From Octopus sinensis (taxonomy: Eukaryota), in the NCBI RefSeq assembly GCF_006345805.1, contig NC_043009.1:64914001-64978000 (forward strand): a stretch of DNA of 64,000 bases, in the 5' to 3' direction. Position 1 is the first letter of the stretch; every line of letters begins with the position of its first letter. The notes beneath the pieces were generated by a model. That model did not search any database. It was given only the letters and a program-made list of their open reading frames with translations, and was not told the DNA's origin. Positions 1 to 14,520 of the stretch are shown here, piece after piece. A program made the position numbers and the translations under genes.

Positions 1-728
1 ATACATACATACATGTGTGTGTCAGTGGTTAGAGCGTCGGGGTCACACTCATCCTGGGGCCCGCCTTTCACTCGAACAAATCGACCCCTAGACTTATTCT
101 TTGTAAGCCTAGTGCTTATTCTATCGGCAACTTTTGCCGAACCGCTAGGTTACGCAGACGTAAACACACCAACATCGGTTGTAAAGCGATGGTGGGGCAC
201 AAACACACACACACACTCTCTCTCTTTCTCCCTTACTCTATACGTATCTGTCGTCAACAGAATACTTTCGAAGGTATGTTTGTTGAAAAACAACAAAACT
301 ACCGGTAAAATTCCCCCATTTTTTTTTCTTATTTTTATTTTTAATTGTCCTAAAATTTTCGTTGCGTCTTGCAATTTTACCGGTAAGTGTCTTACATAAT
401 AAGGCACAAAAAGAAAATGACTCTCCCCAGACACAACAGAATATGCTTCAACGCAGGAACTCATATAAAGAATCTTGCAAACCAAATCCCAAAACTAAAC
501 AACCGATAAGACGACATCTTTTCGTACTGAGGCAGCAAATCAAAAAAGGATTATACGAGAAATAAGAACAAAATATCAAACGAGAAAAGACAAAAAAAAA
601 AAAAGGAACAATAAAACGAAAATGAAAACAAACTCACCCCTATCTTCGGTCATATGTGTATGGACATATTCGGCGGCAACTAGGGCAGAAAGCGAAGATA
701 AAACTTTAAACCAAGGAAACAGAAACGG

Positions 729-882
<154 letters not shown>

Positions 883-1010
883 CGTATGTATTGATTTACC
901 TACGTCATTACTCAGAGTTTCTTATCTGGATTCTTGCAGACAGTCAACGAACTGTTAGATAAGTATTTCACTTGCAATGAATCGCCGCGCATTTATTAAT
1001 TGAAAAATTA

Positions 1011-1104
1011 GACAACACCTCTGACAGCTTTTTCGATTCAAGACCTTTATAAATTAATTAAAAAAATTAAAACCATTTAAAAGTCGAATCTCATCAGAGT
1101 TGGC
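1011..1104 (-). ncRNA. Type I hammerhead ribozyme
   Basis: Minus strand GCCAACT-CTGATGA-GATTCGAC(38 nt AT-rich)GTCTTGAATC-GAAA-AAGCTG-TC-AGAGGTGTTGTC; 8-bp stem II; stem III one change from the palindrome ACAGCTGT; bulged stem I. Confidence 0.7.
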
Positions 1105-1338
1105 TAAAGATATACAAATTAGGGGTTCATATTCCTGCTTGTTGAGTGAGTATACGGCTCCGAACCGTTAACTGATAAAATTCATATACATTCTTGGGAG
1201 GAATGCGTATATATTTTATCGCCTCCGAAAGATGAAAGGTACTGCCTACTTCACTGGAATTTGAATCCACAGCATAAAAACGGACGAAAAGTCGCTAGGC
1301 ATTTTGTCCGGTGTGCTAACGGTTTGCTTTTTCACCAC

Positions 1339-1340
1339 CT

Positions 1341-1415
<75 letters not shown>

Positions 1416-1450
1416 CACCACCACCACCACCACCACCACCACTACTACTA
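1339..1450. repeat. (ACT)n-(ACC)n compound microsatellite
   Basis: direct reading; similar tract at 8925-9045. Confidence 0.95.
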
Positions 1451-1617
1451 ATGTACATGAAAATAAGAGCTACAAATAGTTTCTTGCGATTGAGACACGT
1501 GATTCGGCAGATTTTTACATAGCTCATTTTAATACTGAGTGCTTTAAATGATATTTATCTCTCACTGTTTTGGAGTACATTTTTGTTGATATATATATAT
1601 ATATATATATGGACACC

Positions 1618-1665
<48 letters not shown>

Positions 1666-1929
1666 TATATATAGATATATATATATATATATCACTGACC
1701 ATCGCGACCGACCAGGCTATCAGATGTTATTACACATCGCTGGTCACAATGCGCTTCGCATTGTTTTAGCCTTCAAATGACGCCACCCCGCTGGCTAAGC
1801 GAGCAGGCCAACAGAAGAAAGAGTGAGAGAAAGTTGTACATAGCGAAAGAGTACAGCAGGGATCGCCACCGCCCCACTGCCGGAGCCTCGTGGAATATAT
1901 ATATATATATATATATATAATATAAATAA

Positions 1930-1964
<35 letters not shown>

Positions 1965-1969
1965 ATATA

Positions 1970-2053
<84 letters not shown>

Positions 2054-3189
2054 GTGTGTGTGTGTGTGTGTGTGTGCGCGTGTATGTATTCTAGTATGTT
2101 TTTGCATCTGTATTTGTTCCCACTCTGTCGCTTGACGTCCCCGTTAGCTAGCAGTTCGGCAAACGCGACCGATAGAATAGTATGAAATCTAAAAAATAAA
2201 AAAAAAGACAAAAGAAAAAAAAACAAGTCCTGGGGTCGATTCGTTCGACTTAAATCCCCAGCATGGCCGCAGTTTAATGACTGAAAAAAGTATAAAATAA
2301 AAAAATATATTTATATATAAACATATCTTTATATATATATATATATATATAAACATAGCGAGGGAGGGAGAAGGGAGACATAGGTGTGTGTCTATGTGTG
2401 TGTGTGTGTTTGTGTGTGTTTCTAGATGTTAGTACAACTGTGTGTAAAATGGGGAAAATTATAAAATTCTTCGATAACTGCATCTAAATATAATACAGAA
2501 ATTCTCTTGCGATCACATAACAGAAGGAAAGAGGGAGAGGCAGATATCGCTGCTGGCGGTGGTAACACCCTGAGAAAGTTTAGACCTGATGTCAGGCATC
2601 GCAATATTTCAGAGAAGTTCAACGCCCGGGAAACACGAGAATTTTTAGTGCGAGCATACTAAATGGTGTAGGTATTTGTTTACTTATGATGCTGTGAAAA
2701 TTGTATGATTCTAAATATATATAACGATGTTTGTTTTTTAAGGAAAAAGGGCCGATTTAACACTGTAGGCGTGGTGGCGCTGGTGGTGGTTGTGGTAGCT
2801 GTGTATTATTATTACAAAACTAAAATGAATGTGTTATTAAAGATAACAGTTCTCCTTTTCTCTACCAAATATGTTTCTTTTTTACCCACAAGGGGTTAGA
2901 CCTAGAGGGGACAAACAAGGACAGACAAACGAATTAAGTCGATTACATCGACCCCAGTGCGTAACCGGTACTTAATTTATCGACCCTGAAAGGATGAAAA
3001 GCAAAGTCGACCTCGGCGGAATTTGAACTCAGAACGTAACGGCAGACGAAATACGGCTACGCATTTCGCCCGGCGTGCTAACGGTTCTGCCACGTCTAAA
3101 GGTAGGATGAGAGAGAGAGAGGAGAGAGAGAGGGAGAGATAAAGAGAAAGAAAGTGAGCGAGAAAGAGAGAGTTTGGAAAAGCAAGTGT

Positions 3190-3560
3190 TGTCATGTATC
3201 AGCGAAACCCAGTTGACAAAATCTGAAAATTTTATATAAATTCCCAATGTAAGGTCCAGATATGGGTTGGAACTATTCATAGGAAGGTACTTCTTTATAG
3301 AAACCAAATTACAGTCATTTGGAATTTTATTTCTTAGTTTTGACGGACAGTACAAACTACGATATGAACGATATGAATTATTGGATTGGTGCATAATTAT
3401 TGCAGCAGTTTTTCAACGAAATTTATTCAACAAAAACAATAACAACATGTAACGAAGACATCTTTAAATTATTATTCCGGAGCATATTCACCATCTACTT
3501 CAATTACTGCTTCCCATTTGCTTGGCAGACCAGTCAGACCGTCATTTAAAGATGCTTTTG
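3190..3560 (-). mobile_element. mariner transposon 3' fragment
   Basis: Minus frame DGLTGLPSKWEAVIEVDGEYAPE* resembles the mariner transposase C-terminus. Confidence 0.55.
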
Positions 3561-3968
3561 TTAAATATTGTTTTTGTTGAACAAAAATTTGTTGAAAAAA
3601 AGCCGCAATAATTATGCACCAAACCAATATAAAATGGTGTAGAATTTCCAGAAGTAATATGATGTTTGAGACAGTAAGAAAAGTTTTTAAAAAAGAATTG
3701 AAGTTTACATTATTCTTTCATTCTTTTACTTGTTTCAGTCATTTGACTCTTGGCCATACTGGAGAACCGCGTTTAGTCGAACAAATCCACTCCAGGACTT
3801 ATTCTTTGTAAGCCTAGCACCGATTCTATCGGCCTCTTTTGCCGAACCGCTAAGTCACAGGGGACGTAAACGCACCAACATCGGTTGTCAAGCGATAATG
3901 GGGAGACAAACACAGACACACAAATACATACATATACATACACACACACGCACGCACGCACACACACA

Positions 3969-4042
<74 letters not shown>

Positions 4043-4559
4043 ACGGGATTCTTTCAGTTTCTGTCTACCAAATCCACTCACAAGGCTTTGGTCGGCCCGA
4101 AGCTATAGTACAAAACACTTGCCCAAAGTTCCATGCTGTGGGACTGAGCCCGGAACCATGTGAATAGGAAGCAAGCTTCTTACCACACAGCTACTCCTGC
4201 GCCTAAATAAAAATAACGTAAAAATTATTTTGATCTAAGATGATCAATCATGGCTGATTTTTGGTGTTGATTATCTCCGGTGTGAGGTCTTAAAAATGAT
4301 GATAAGTACGATGATTTCAAAATTTTCGTACAAGGCCAGCAATTTCCTTCGAGGTGATGCCAATGCTCAAATGGTTCTTATTTTAACATCCCCGAAAGGA
4401 TGAAATTCAAAGTCGACCGCGACGGAATTCGAACTCAGAACGTAAAGACAGACGAAATACCCCTGTGTATTTTGCCTGGCATGCTAACGATTCTGCCGAT
4501 TCGTCAAAGACAAAAGAAATAAGAGATGTGAAGGGCAGTTGTCTCTGGTTAAAGACAAG

Positions 4560-5200
4560 AATATGGAAGTCACTGAAGGAATGGTTTTAGTAATACAAGA
4601 ACAGTCCCGAAACGTGTGATCAAGGAAATGATAGATCAGCAGGAGTGTTCACTCATATGTAGAATGGGTGATGATTCTGATGAACTCATTACTCAGATTA
4701 TTTCAGAATGTCCTCAGCTCAGAATCAACACAAAAATATAGGCATTGATAAGATTTCTGCAGCAACACATTACAATTTCTGTAAAAGACTCAGTTTTGCA
4801 TGCCCAGAAAAATGCTATGACCATTTTATGGAATAGAAATGCACCCTCGAAAACTTTGGAGCTGGATTATGATGAGATTTTCATGGACAAACCGACAGAA
4901 GAATAGTCGTTGATAAGATGGAATTATGTCTTGTAATCCATGTGGCATACCCGACTTTTACCAGAACAAAGAAAAAGAAATAGGAAAAAAATTAGGGTGT
5001 TATATAGACTTGAGGAATTAACTTGTTAAAAATTGGAAGCAGGAAGTTAACAAGATCATCATCCCATCAATTATCATCGGGTCTTGGAAATGGTAACGAA
5101 GAATTTGAGAGTAAACTTTTGGAAAGTTAGACGTGAATCTGGGAGTAAATGCAATGTAGAAAATCTGATGGCATGGTTCAGCCAGAATTATTTGGAAAGT
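4560..5200 (+). mobile_element. Second, more decayed R4/Dong-like 3' fragment
   Basis: Remnants such as ELITQIISECPQL and VDKMELCLVIHVA in broken frames. Confidence 0.45.
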
Positions 5201-5329
5201 CCACGCCATGAAAGAATATATTTAATGAGCAAGAAAGAAAAATGACTTATTTTTATAGAAGGGACAACAACATATGCTCTTCATCCAGGGACATGAGTTA
5301 TACTTCGATAGGAAGCATGAATAAACCGG

Positions 5330-6130
5330 TTAGAACACCAATAACACGTGAACGAAACATCAACAACAATGACAATAATGAAACAGTGGGGAAATTCAAA
5401 GAGAAAAGAAAGAACAACAGAATTAACAAATGGAAAGAAATAGAATTACATGGCCATTTCATGAAACAAACTGAGAACGTTGGAAATTAAGATCGCTGGT
5501 TCTTGTTGACGGACGAGAACTTGAAAGGAGTGACAGAAACTGTAATTATAGCAGCTCATGAACAAGCCCTTAGAACAAATCTGATGAAGGCAAAATACGA
5601 AAAACCTCAATCGGACAGCAAATGTAGAATCTGCAAGGAGATGAAAGTATCAATCACATTTTGAATGAGTGCAGTATACTAGCATAAAAGGAGTATAAGT
5701 GCAGGCATGACGGTGTAGGCAAAATAATGCATTGGGATATTAGCCAAGTATGTAGCTTCAGACGAACAGAATACATGTACGAATACGAACAAGAGGCCGT
5801 GATAGAAAATGAGAAGGCCAGATATGATTATGGAAGACAAAATAAAGAGTGTAAGAATATAAATTTTGCAACTCTCTAGGATAATGGAGACGATACCAAA
5901 GAAATCGAAGACACTGAGAAATATTAGGATCTAGCCAGAGAGCCAAGAAGACTGTGGAAGACCAAGACAAGTAGTAATTGGTGCATGTGTACGACACCTT
6001 AAATGCTACGTAAAAGACTGGAAGAAATTGGCATTGAAATCTCCAACCCCATCAAAGACACGCAACCAAACAAATAAAAAACAACAAAAAAAAAACGGAC
6101 ACTGCACAGTAACAGATGTAGCTTCTTCAG
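5330..6130 (+). mobile_element. R4/Dong-type non-LTR retrotransposon 3' fragment (CCHC knuckle and start of the restriction-like endonuclease region), decayed
   Basis: Frames read WFLL...LKGVTETVIIAAHEQALRTN...DSKCRIC / ESINHILNECSILA*KEYKCRHDGV...MHWDI; stops and frameshifts. Confidence 0.75.
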
Positions 6131-6679
6131 GTGATAACAAAGTGTTTAAGAAGGAACCTAGCACCTACCCTCTATCCCCTACCCCATATCCCCAAAAGAT
6201 TGAGAAATACTAAGACTTCGAAAGGAAAGTTACAAAGGCGCAGAATAAGGAAAACGCTGAAATTGTAAAGATAGTAAAATTGTAAAGATGGTAAAAGGAA
6301 TGTTGGTTAGAGAAGACTGGAGCTGAAACTGAAACAGAACTATTCGTGAAAACACCGTTATCAGAAAGGGCAAGGATCTTAAAGGAAGATACTCGATAAC
6401 TGAGCGAGGGAAAGAACTCCATAGCACCCTTCAGCTTCGGTTTATAACATGATTCTTGTGCTACAAAAACGAACCCCCCAAAATCTGTCATTCGATCATA
6501 ATAATAATCATAATCGTTTCTACTAAAGAGGCTCAAAGGGCTGATACTTGGTTGGGAGGGGTGGGGACAAAAATCCTTCTCGACTGGTCCTTATTACATC
6601 GATTCCGAAGGGGCAAATGGCAAAGCTGACCTCGGTGGAATTTGACTTCAGAACGTAATGACGGACGAAGTGCCGCTAA

Positions 6680-7252
6680 GCATAATAATGATGATGATGA
6701 TGATTACGATGATGATGATGATGATGATGACGATGATGATTATGATGATGATGATGGTAACAACAATAATAACAATAATAGTGATGAGGATTATGATGAT
6801 AAGAATTAGGCGGAGGAGGATGAAAAGGGTAATGATGATGATGATGATGATAGCGACGACGATGATTGTGATGAAGATGAGGATAAAGATGATAATCATG
6901 ATGTCTGAGCTCACCGACGAAGATAAGAGTCGCAAGGATTCGCTTCAACATCTCGGCAAACAGGACCTAAAATGGCGACAAATCTACATCTTGGCACTCT
7001 GTTTATATAGCGTCGTTGTTGACAAAAGAATCTGTTTGTTCCCACGATTCTACCCCCAACCCCATCCTCCACCCATTTATTGTGAAAAGAAGGCGGAGAT
7101 CCTCCTCATTCACTTCCACTAAGAAAACCACCGTGTCAATCACCATCGTCATCATCATCATCATTATCATCATCATCATCGTCATCATCATCGTCGTCAT
7201 CATCATTATCATCATCATCGTCGTCGTCGTCGTCGTCATCATCGTCATCACC

Positions 7253-7286
<34 letters not shown>

Positions 7287-7320
7287 TCACCGCCACCACG
7301 GCTATCATCATTATCTTCTT
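6680..7320. repeat. (ATG)n and (ATC)n low-complexity tracts
   Basis: direct reading, 6680-6905 and 7140-7320. Confidence 0.9.
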
Positions 7321-7640
7321 CAAATGTTAACAATTATTTAATGCGTAAAACAACAGCAACAACAACAACAACAACAACAACGACAACAATAATCCTTTCT
7401 ACTAGGTGCACAAGTCCTGAAATTTGGCGAAGGGGGGGATAGGCGATTACATCGACCCCCCCCCAGTGTTTCATTGGTACTTAATTTATCGATTCCAAAA
7501 GGATGAAAGGCGAAATCGATCTCGGTGGAATTTGAACTCAAAACGTAGGGACGGGCGAAATGCCGCTAAGCATTTTGTCGGATGTGCTAACGATTCTGAC
7601 AGCTCACCGCCTTAAGAAAAACAATAATAATGATAATAAA

Positions 7641-7709
<69 letters not shown>

Positions 7710-8266
7710 GTTACTTCTTTATTTTGCCACAGGGGCATAGATGAAGGGAACACTCCAGGATGGTTTACAATTTATGAAGAAAACACATGTCTATAATGTT
7801 TACTTGTTACCGTGTTTAGTTCAAATAAAGTTAATCTGGGATTATGAAATAGGTGTCCGTAAATATCTTCAAATATTTTCTAGATTTGATATTCTTTATC
7901 TAAGCCACTGTAAATAAATACATACACGTGCATACATGCACACACAAACATACGTACATAAATACATGCAGACATACAGATATAAATACATGCATACACA
8001 CACGCACACACATATCATTTGATGTACACAGTATAAGGATATCAACTACAAATAGTTTCTTGCTTTGGAGACACGGACCTTTGCCTTATGTCTTTAAGCA
8101 ATTTCCAGGTTCACGGCACATTATAAAAATCTGACCAGACCCGTGTCTCCAAAGCAAGAAACTATTCATACCTCATATATTTGTGGTATGTACATCAAAT
8201 GATATTCATCTCTCACTGGATGGAATACTTTTTTCTTCGTCTGATATTAATGGGACAGTAAATATA

Positions 8267-8317
<51 letters not shown>

Positions 8318-8534
8318 TAAGTAGAGTTGGAATAACCGTCTAAGGGATAAGAATATCCGCCAAATATTATTCTCATAATTTTCTTTGGCGGCACCGACTG
8401 ACATTGGTAGCAGAAACGGCTGTAAGTAATGTTAAAGTTTTGTATTAAAAAATAATAAGTGATAGTCAATTTGTTGATCAAAAGTCTTCTCCATTTTCTG
8501 CTTATTTTAAATTTTATATATATATATATATAAT

Positions 8535-8576
<42 letters not shown>

Positions 8577-8637
8577 TGCGTGTGTGTGTGCATGTGTGTA
8601 TATATACATATATACAAATACACACATATACACATGT

Positions 8638-8695
<58 letters not shown>

Positions 8696-8747
8696 ATATA
8701 CATGTGTATATGTGTGTATTTGTATATATGTATATATAAATACAACA

Positions 8748-8778
<31 letters not shown>

Positions 8779-8955
8779 CATACATACATACGTACGTATG
8801 TATGTATACGCACACACGCATGCTTCTATATTTCAAATTTGATCACCTGTAGAGGTTTTAGAAATACATAATACCATTAATCCGAGAGCTCAACTGGTAG
8901 GATTACATTTCCATAGCAATCAATGAATCCTCCTCCTCCTCCTCCTCCCCCTACT

Positions 8956-9048
<93 letters not shown>

Positions 9049-9189
9049 CGCTTTATCTCTCACACAGTCGTCTTTTATATAATGAAGTTGTGTCTGGACA
9101 CCCGAAAGAGGATGGTCACGGCCAGCTGGAGCGCATTTGATTGTAGGGCCTAAATAACAACAGCAACAAGAAGAAATACGCTCGCACTT

Positions 9190-9559
9190 CATGTATGTAT
9201 ATCTGTATACACCCCCACACATACACACACATGCATGCATACATACATACATACATACATACATACATACATGCATGCATACACAGAGACACAGACATGC
9301 ATGCATACATACATACATGCATACATGCATACATACATAAATGCATACATACGTACATGCAAACATACATGCATACATACATATATACATACATAATAAA
9401 TACATACATAATATATACATACATAAATACATAAATACATACATACATACATATATATACATACATACATACATACATACATACACATACATACATACGT
9501 ACATGCAAACATACATGCATACATACATACATACATACATACATACATACATACATACA

Positions 9560-9593
<34 letters not shown>

Positions 9594-9630
9594 CATCCAT
9601 AATATATACATACATACATACATACATAAC
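9190..9630. repeat. (ATAC)n-rich microsatellite
   Basis: direct reading; similar tracts at 53440-53685 and 62040-62400. Confidence 0.95.
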
Positions 9631-10189
9631 ATCCAAGCCACAGACCCAAACTTCTCCTCATTTACCGCCACTCCATCTCTTCTGACCCGCAAATCATCTT
9701 TTCCTCCATTACTATTGAGTTCTTTTCTTCCCAGAGCGGGTTGCTTTCCTACCACCTCCACCCACGCCTTACAGAACCATGTCCCTTCCTCTCCCCACCC
9801 GTATTATGACCATTCCATACTCCTTGTACCGTTAACCAACCTTTCTTAACTAGACAGTCACCCCCTGTGGTAGTTTTTTTCTCTGTGCGCATGTCTTTTT
9901 TCTGCAGACGTCGCTTAGCACCAGTTCAATTGGACAATAATATCATTCTCACTTACATAAAAGCGTTTGCGAAGGCCATGCACACAGCTCTCTCTCCTCT
10001 AGACCAAACAAATAACAACAACAACAACAAAAAAAACATAGAATATGGTTAACAAACTCACTTTGCAACCGTGCGGTTTCCAGTTCAATCCCCCAGTGCA
10101 GCACCTTGGGCAAGTGTCTTTTACTACAGTTCCAAGCCGACTAATGCCTTGTGAGCGAATTTGAAAGACGGTGTTTGTGTGAAAGCAGC

Positions 10190-10598
10190 GAGCTGGCAGA
10201 AACGTTAGCACGCCGGGCGAAATGCTTAGCGGTATTTCGTCTGCCGTTATGTTCTGAGTTCAAATTCCGCTAAGGTCGACTTTGCCTTTCATCCTTTCGG
10301 GGTCGATAAATTAAGTACCAGTTACGCACTGGGGTCGATATAATCGACTTAATACCTATGTCTGTCCTTGTTTGTCCCCTCTGTGTTTAGCCCCTTGTGG
10401 GTAATAAAGAAATAGGTATTTCGTCAGCCGTTATGTTCTGAGTTCAAATTCCGCTAAGGTCGACTTTGCCTTTCATCCTTTCGGGTTCGATTAAATAAGT
10501 ACCAGTTACGCACTGGGGTCGATATAACCGACTTAATCTGTCTGTCCTTGTTTGTCCCCTCTGTGTTTAGTCCCTTGTGGGTAGTAAAGAAATAGGTA
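10190..10598 (+). mobile_element. SINE family A dimer
   Basis: Second monomer starts at the GAAATA|GGTATTTCGTC junction near 10414. Confidence 0.85.
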
Positions 10599-11089
10599 TC
10601 TGTGTGAAAGCCCGTTTTTCTGTTTTTAATTACAAAACGGAAATGACTCAAAACAATATATTATTTAGTCATTTAGTGTTTTATATTTTATATATAATTT
10701 TTTTGCGGGGGGTGGGGTGCGGTAAACAGGTAGAATCGATCGCACGTCAGATATAATCTTAACTAGCATTTCTTGTGGCTCTTTACGCTCAGAGTTCAAA
10801 TTCAACCGAGGTCTACTTTACCTTTCATTAATTCGGGGTCGATAAAATAAAGTATCAGCCAAGTACTGGGTCGATGCGATCGCTTAGTCTCTAGTCTCTC
10901 CTAAAATTGTTGGCCTTCTGCCAGAATGAGGAAGAATTTCATATTTGTTTTATGTCTATAGACAGCCTGTTTCCGCATATTTAATTTCGTCAGTAAAGAG
11001 AAGCAGAGATCCTGATAATTAATTATCTTAGACTCAAGAAATATATTCGCGTAAATAACAAATGAGAGAGAGAGAGAGAGAAAGAGAGC

Positions 11090-11167
<78 letters not shown>

Positions 11168-11639
11168 AGAGAGGTAAAACAAAGAAAAAGAAAATAATTT
11201 TTGAGATAAAGATGGCAGTAACTGCGAATGGAAATAAATCATTTTCTTTTACCAGTGAACATGAAAACAGTTGAAGTTAAATTTTAGAGAAATTCTTTCG
11301 TTTTTAGCCTTGTCTTCAGTAGAGCTGGCAGAATCATTAGCACGTCGGGCGAAATGCTAAGCGGTATTTCGTCCGCCGCTACGTTCTGAGTTCAAATTCC
11401 GCCGAGGTCGACTTTGCCTTTCATCCTTTCGGGGTCGATTAAATAAGTACCAGTTACGCACTGGGGTCGATGTAATCGACTTAATCCGTTTGTCTGTCCT
11501 TATTTGTCCCCTCTATGTTTAGCCCCTTGTGGGCAATAAAGAAATAAGTATCAGCCATATTTCGTTTGTATGCGTGACCAAGTGTGTATATAAATGTGTG
11601 TGGGCGTGTGTGTATGTATGTATGTATGTGTGTGCGTAC

Positions 11640-12120
11640 ATGTATGAGAGTCGTTCAAAAGTATCCGACCTTTGGGTATACAAAAAAACAAAACAATTTT
11701 GTATATTTCACAAATATTATTTAATCCCCTTCAAAACGCTCCCCTTGAGAATTCACACACTTCTCCCACCGGTCCTCCCAACGCTGGTAACACCTTTGGA
11801 ATGCCTTTTCTGGAATGCTATGGAGCAGTGGAAGAATGTTATTTTCTCGGACGAGTCATCCATTACCTTATTTCCGACCACTGGCCGATTATACGTGTGG
11901 AGACAGTCAAAAGAAGCATTTGACCCAGACTGCCTTCTTCCAGCTGTTAAACATGGAGGGGGATCTTTTTTTTTTTTTCAGGGTAGTTTTCAGTTTGGCG
12001 AAGAGCCAGAAGTCAGACGGTGCCAGGTCGGAAGAGCAGGAAGCCCGTCGAAAAAAATGGTGTGTTGTTCTCGACCAGGAATAACTTGGATGCGTTCAAA
12101 AAGTATGCGACTTTATTTTA
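11640..12120. mobile_element. Composite Tc1/mariner remnant
   Basis: + strand WKNVIFSDES...VWRQSKEAFDPDCLLPAVKHGGGS (Tc1 first Asp, about 11820-11965) lies within a minus-strand mariner piece (SDLAPSDFWLFAKLK, about 11980-12040); TIR-like GTCGTTCAAAAGTATCCGAC at about 11650. Confidence 0.7.
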
Positions 12121-12134
12121 TCGTCGTCACATAC

Positions 12135-12347
<213 letters not shown>

Positions 12348-12777
12348 GTTGATACTTCAGTAAATATCAATTTAAAATTCCTACCGAAAATAATTAAGAT
12401 TTCATACTCTTATTGAACTCGTTAAGAGAGAAGGGAAATATGAAACACATGTTTGTTATTCAGAGGCATTTCGTTGAAAATTGCTTAGCTTTTCAGCTAT
12501 TTTATTTTGTAGGTCTCCAGCAAAGCGATGCATCGTTTTATGGTGACGATCGCTTTAAATAGGCAACACGTTCTTTCCGTTTCTCTTCTCTTCTTCACTC
12601 GATCTGCTACTTCTATTAACCCTTTTCTTTTCTAACCATTTTTTCGTTTTATTTTTTCCAGTCATTTGACTGCGGTCATACTGGAGCACCATCGTGGAGA
12701 ATTCTAGGAGAATGAATTGACCTAATTTCTTATTTTCGAAAGTCTGCTACTACTATTCATTCTATCGGGGAGGTAAC

Positions 12778-12805
<28 letters not shown>

Positions 12806-12808
<3 letters not shown>

Positions 12809-13012
12809 TGTATAGAGGGCATTATTACACATAAATGCCTCACACTAGGAGGGACAAAGTCATTACTACCAAAATTATACTAATCATACCCAAATGCAGT
12901 TCTTCAAAGCAAGACATTTAAGAAATGGGTATGATTAGTATAATTTTGGTAGTAATGACTTTGTCCCTCCTAGTGTGAGGCATTTATGTGTAATAATGCC
13001 CTCTATACAATA
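12806..13012. repeat. Perfect 87-bp inverted repeat with a 33-nt spacer
   Basis: 12806-12892 equals the reverse complement of 12926-13012; TA-rich flanks. Confidence 0.9.
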
Positions 13013-13137
13013 TAGATATAATTAATTTGTTCAAAAGAAAAAAATTATTTTCGAATTCTTTTCTTTTATGAGGTTTTCACGCTAGCTACCCGATAATTTT
13101 TGTTAAGATCCCTTATTAAGAGATTATCCTTAATTGT

Positions 13138-13221
<84 letters not shown>

Positions 13222-13422
13222 CAGCTAGACAGATAGACAGACATATGTAATATATATATATATATGTATATATACATGTTCAATATCTTTGGACTAATGG
13301 GAATATGTTGATTAGTGTGTTGAGTAGAAGACTGGCACGGTTTGCGCCTCCTGGTGTCATCTGCCTTTGGGGTATATTATTACTGTTGGACCTACTTCAG
13401 GAATTCCGCAGTGTTAGTTGAG

Positions 13423-13423
<1 letters not shown>

Positions 13424-13456
<33 letters not shown>

Positions 13457-13460
13457 TAAC

Positions 13461-13522
<62 letters not shown>

Positions 13523-13531
13523 CAACAAAAC

Positions 13532-13605
<74 letters not shown>

Positions 13606-13641
13606 CAACAACAACAACAACAATAATAATAATAATAATAA
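13424..13641. repeat. (AAT)n/(AAC)n microsatellite
   Basis: direct reading. Confidence 0.95.
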
Positions 13642-13711
13642 TTGCTTAAGTAACGAGAAGATGGATTTAGTATTAATCTTTATTTTGTACAAGGGAAAGA
13701 GGATGAGAGAG

Positions 13712-13760
<49 letters not shown>

Positions 13761-14520
13761 CGGCAGAGAGAACAGGGAAGGAAGGGGTGAAAGTCAACAA
13801 TTAAGAGTGAGAAGACGAGAGAGAGAGAGAGGCAGAGAGGAAGTAGAGATGCTAGAAAGGGGGGTACGAGGACGAGAGAGAGAGAAAAAAAATGATAAAG
13901 TCGCAATAAATATATAAAAACTTTCTCTCTCTCTCTCTGTCTCTCTCTCTGTTATCTTCTCACTCTTAATTGTAGACTTTCTTCCTTCCTTCTTTCCTTC
14001 TTTCCTTCCTTCCTTCATTTCCTGTACCCTCTGCCGCTCCCCCCTCTCTCTCTCTCCCCCACTCTCCCAACCTCCTTCCTTTCTATCTGCTACCCGTATG
14101 TGACCCGTGACTGTTTCTCATCTCTCTGCCTTTTCATCCCCAGACGCTTGGCTTGCCGGTCAACATCTGTCCCACCCCCTTCTTGCTATTTCTCTTCCCA
14201 TATCCATTCAGGATTCCTCCCAGGCCTTACCCATAATCCTACTGTTTGGCAGAAGGGCTTTATTTATCCCGTCTTAGTCTATCGTTCCAAATTACATTTC
14301 TTTACTTTCGTACGCCTCACCCTGTATTGTCTTCTTTACTCGAGCCCTAATTCTACGCAAATCTTGCGGATGCCGCTGATACACGAAGTTCTCAATCTTA
14401 TCGTGAAAGGCACGAGACTGAGTGTTAGTATTTTGGTCGATAACTGACGAAGAATTAGGGTCCTACGTGTACATTTTTTAGGATTTCATGCATTTTTCAT
14501 TTACTGTATTCTTTATCTCA

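Noticed and set aside
5578-5612. CTGATGA...GAAA hammerhead-like match
   Set aside because: Lies in the R4 coding remnant; stems I and II do not pair.
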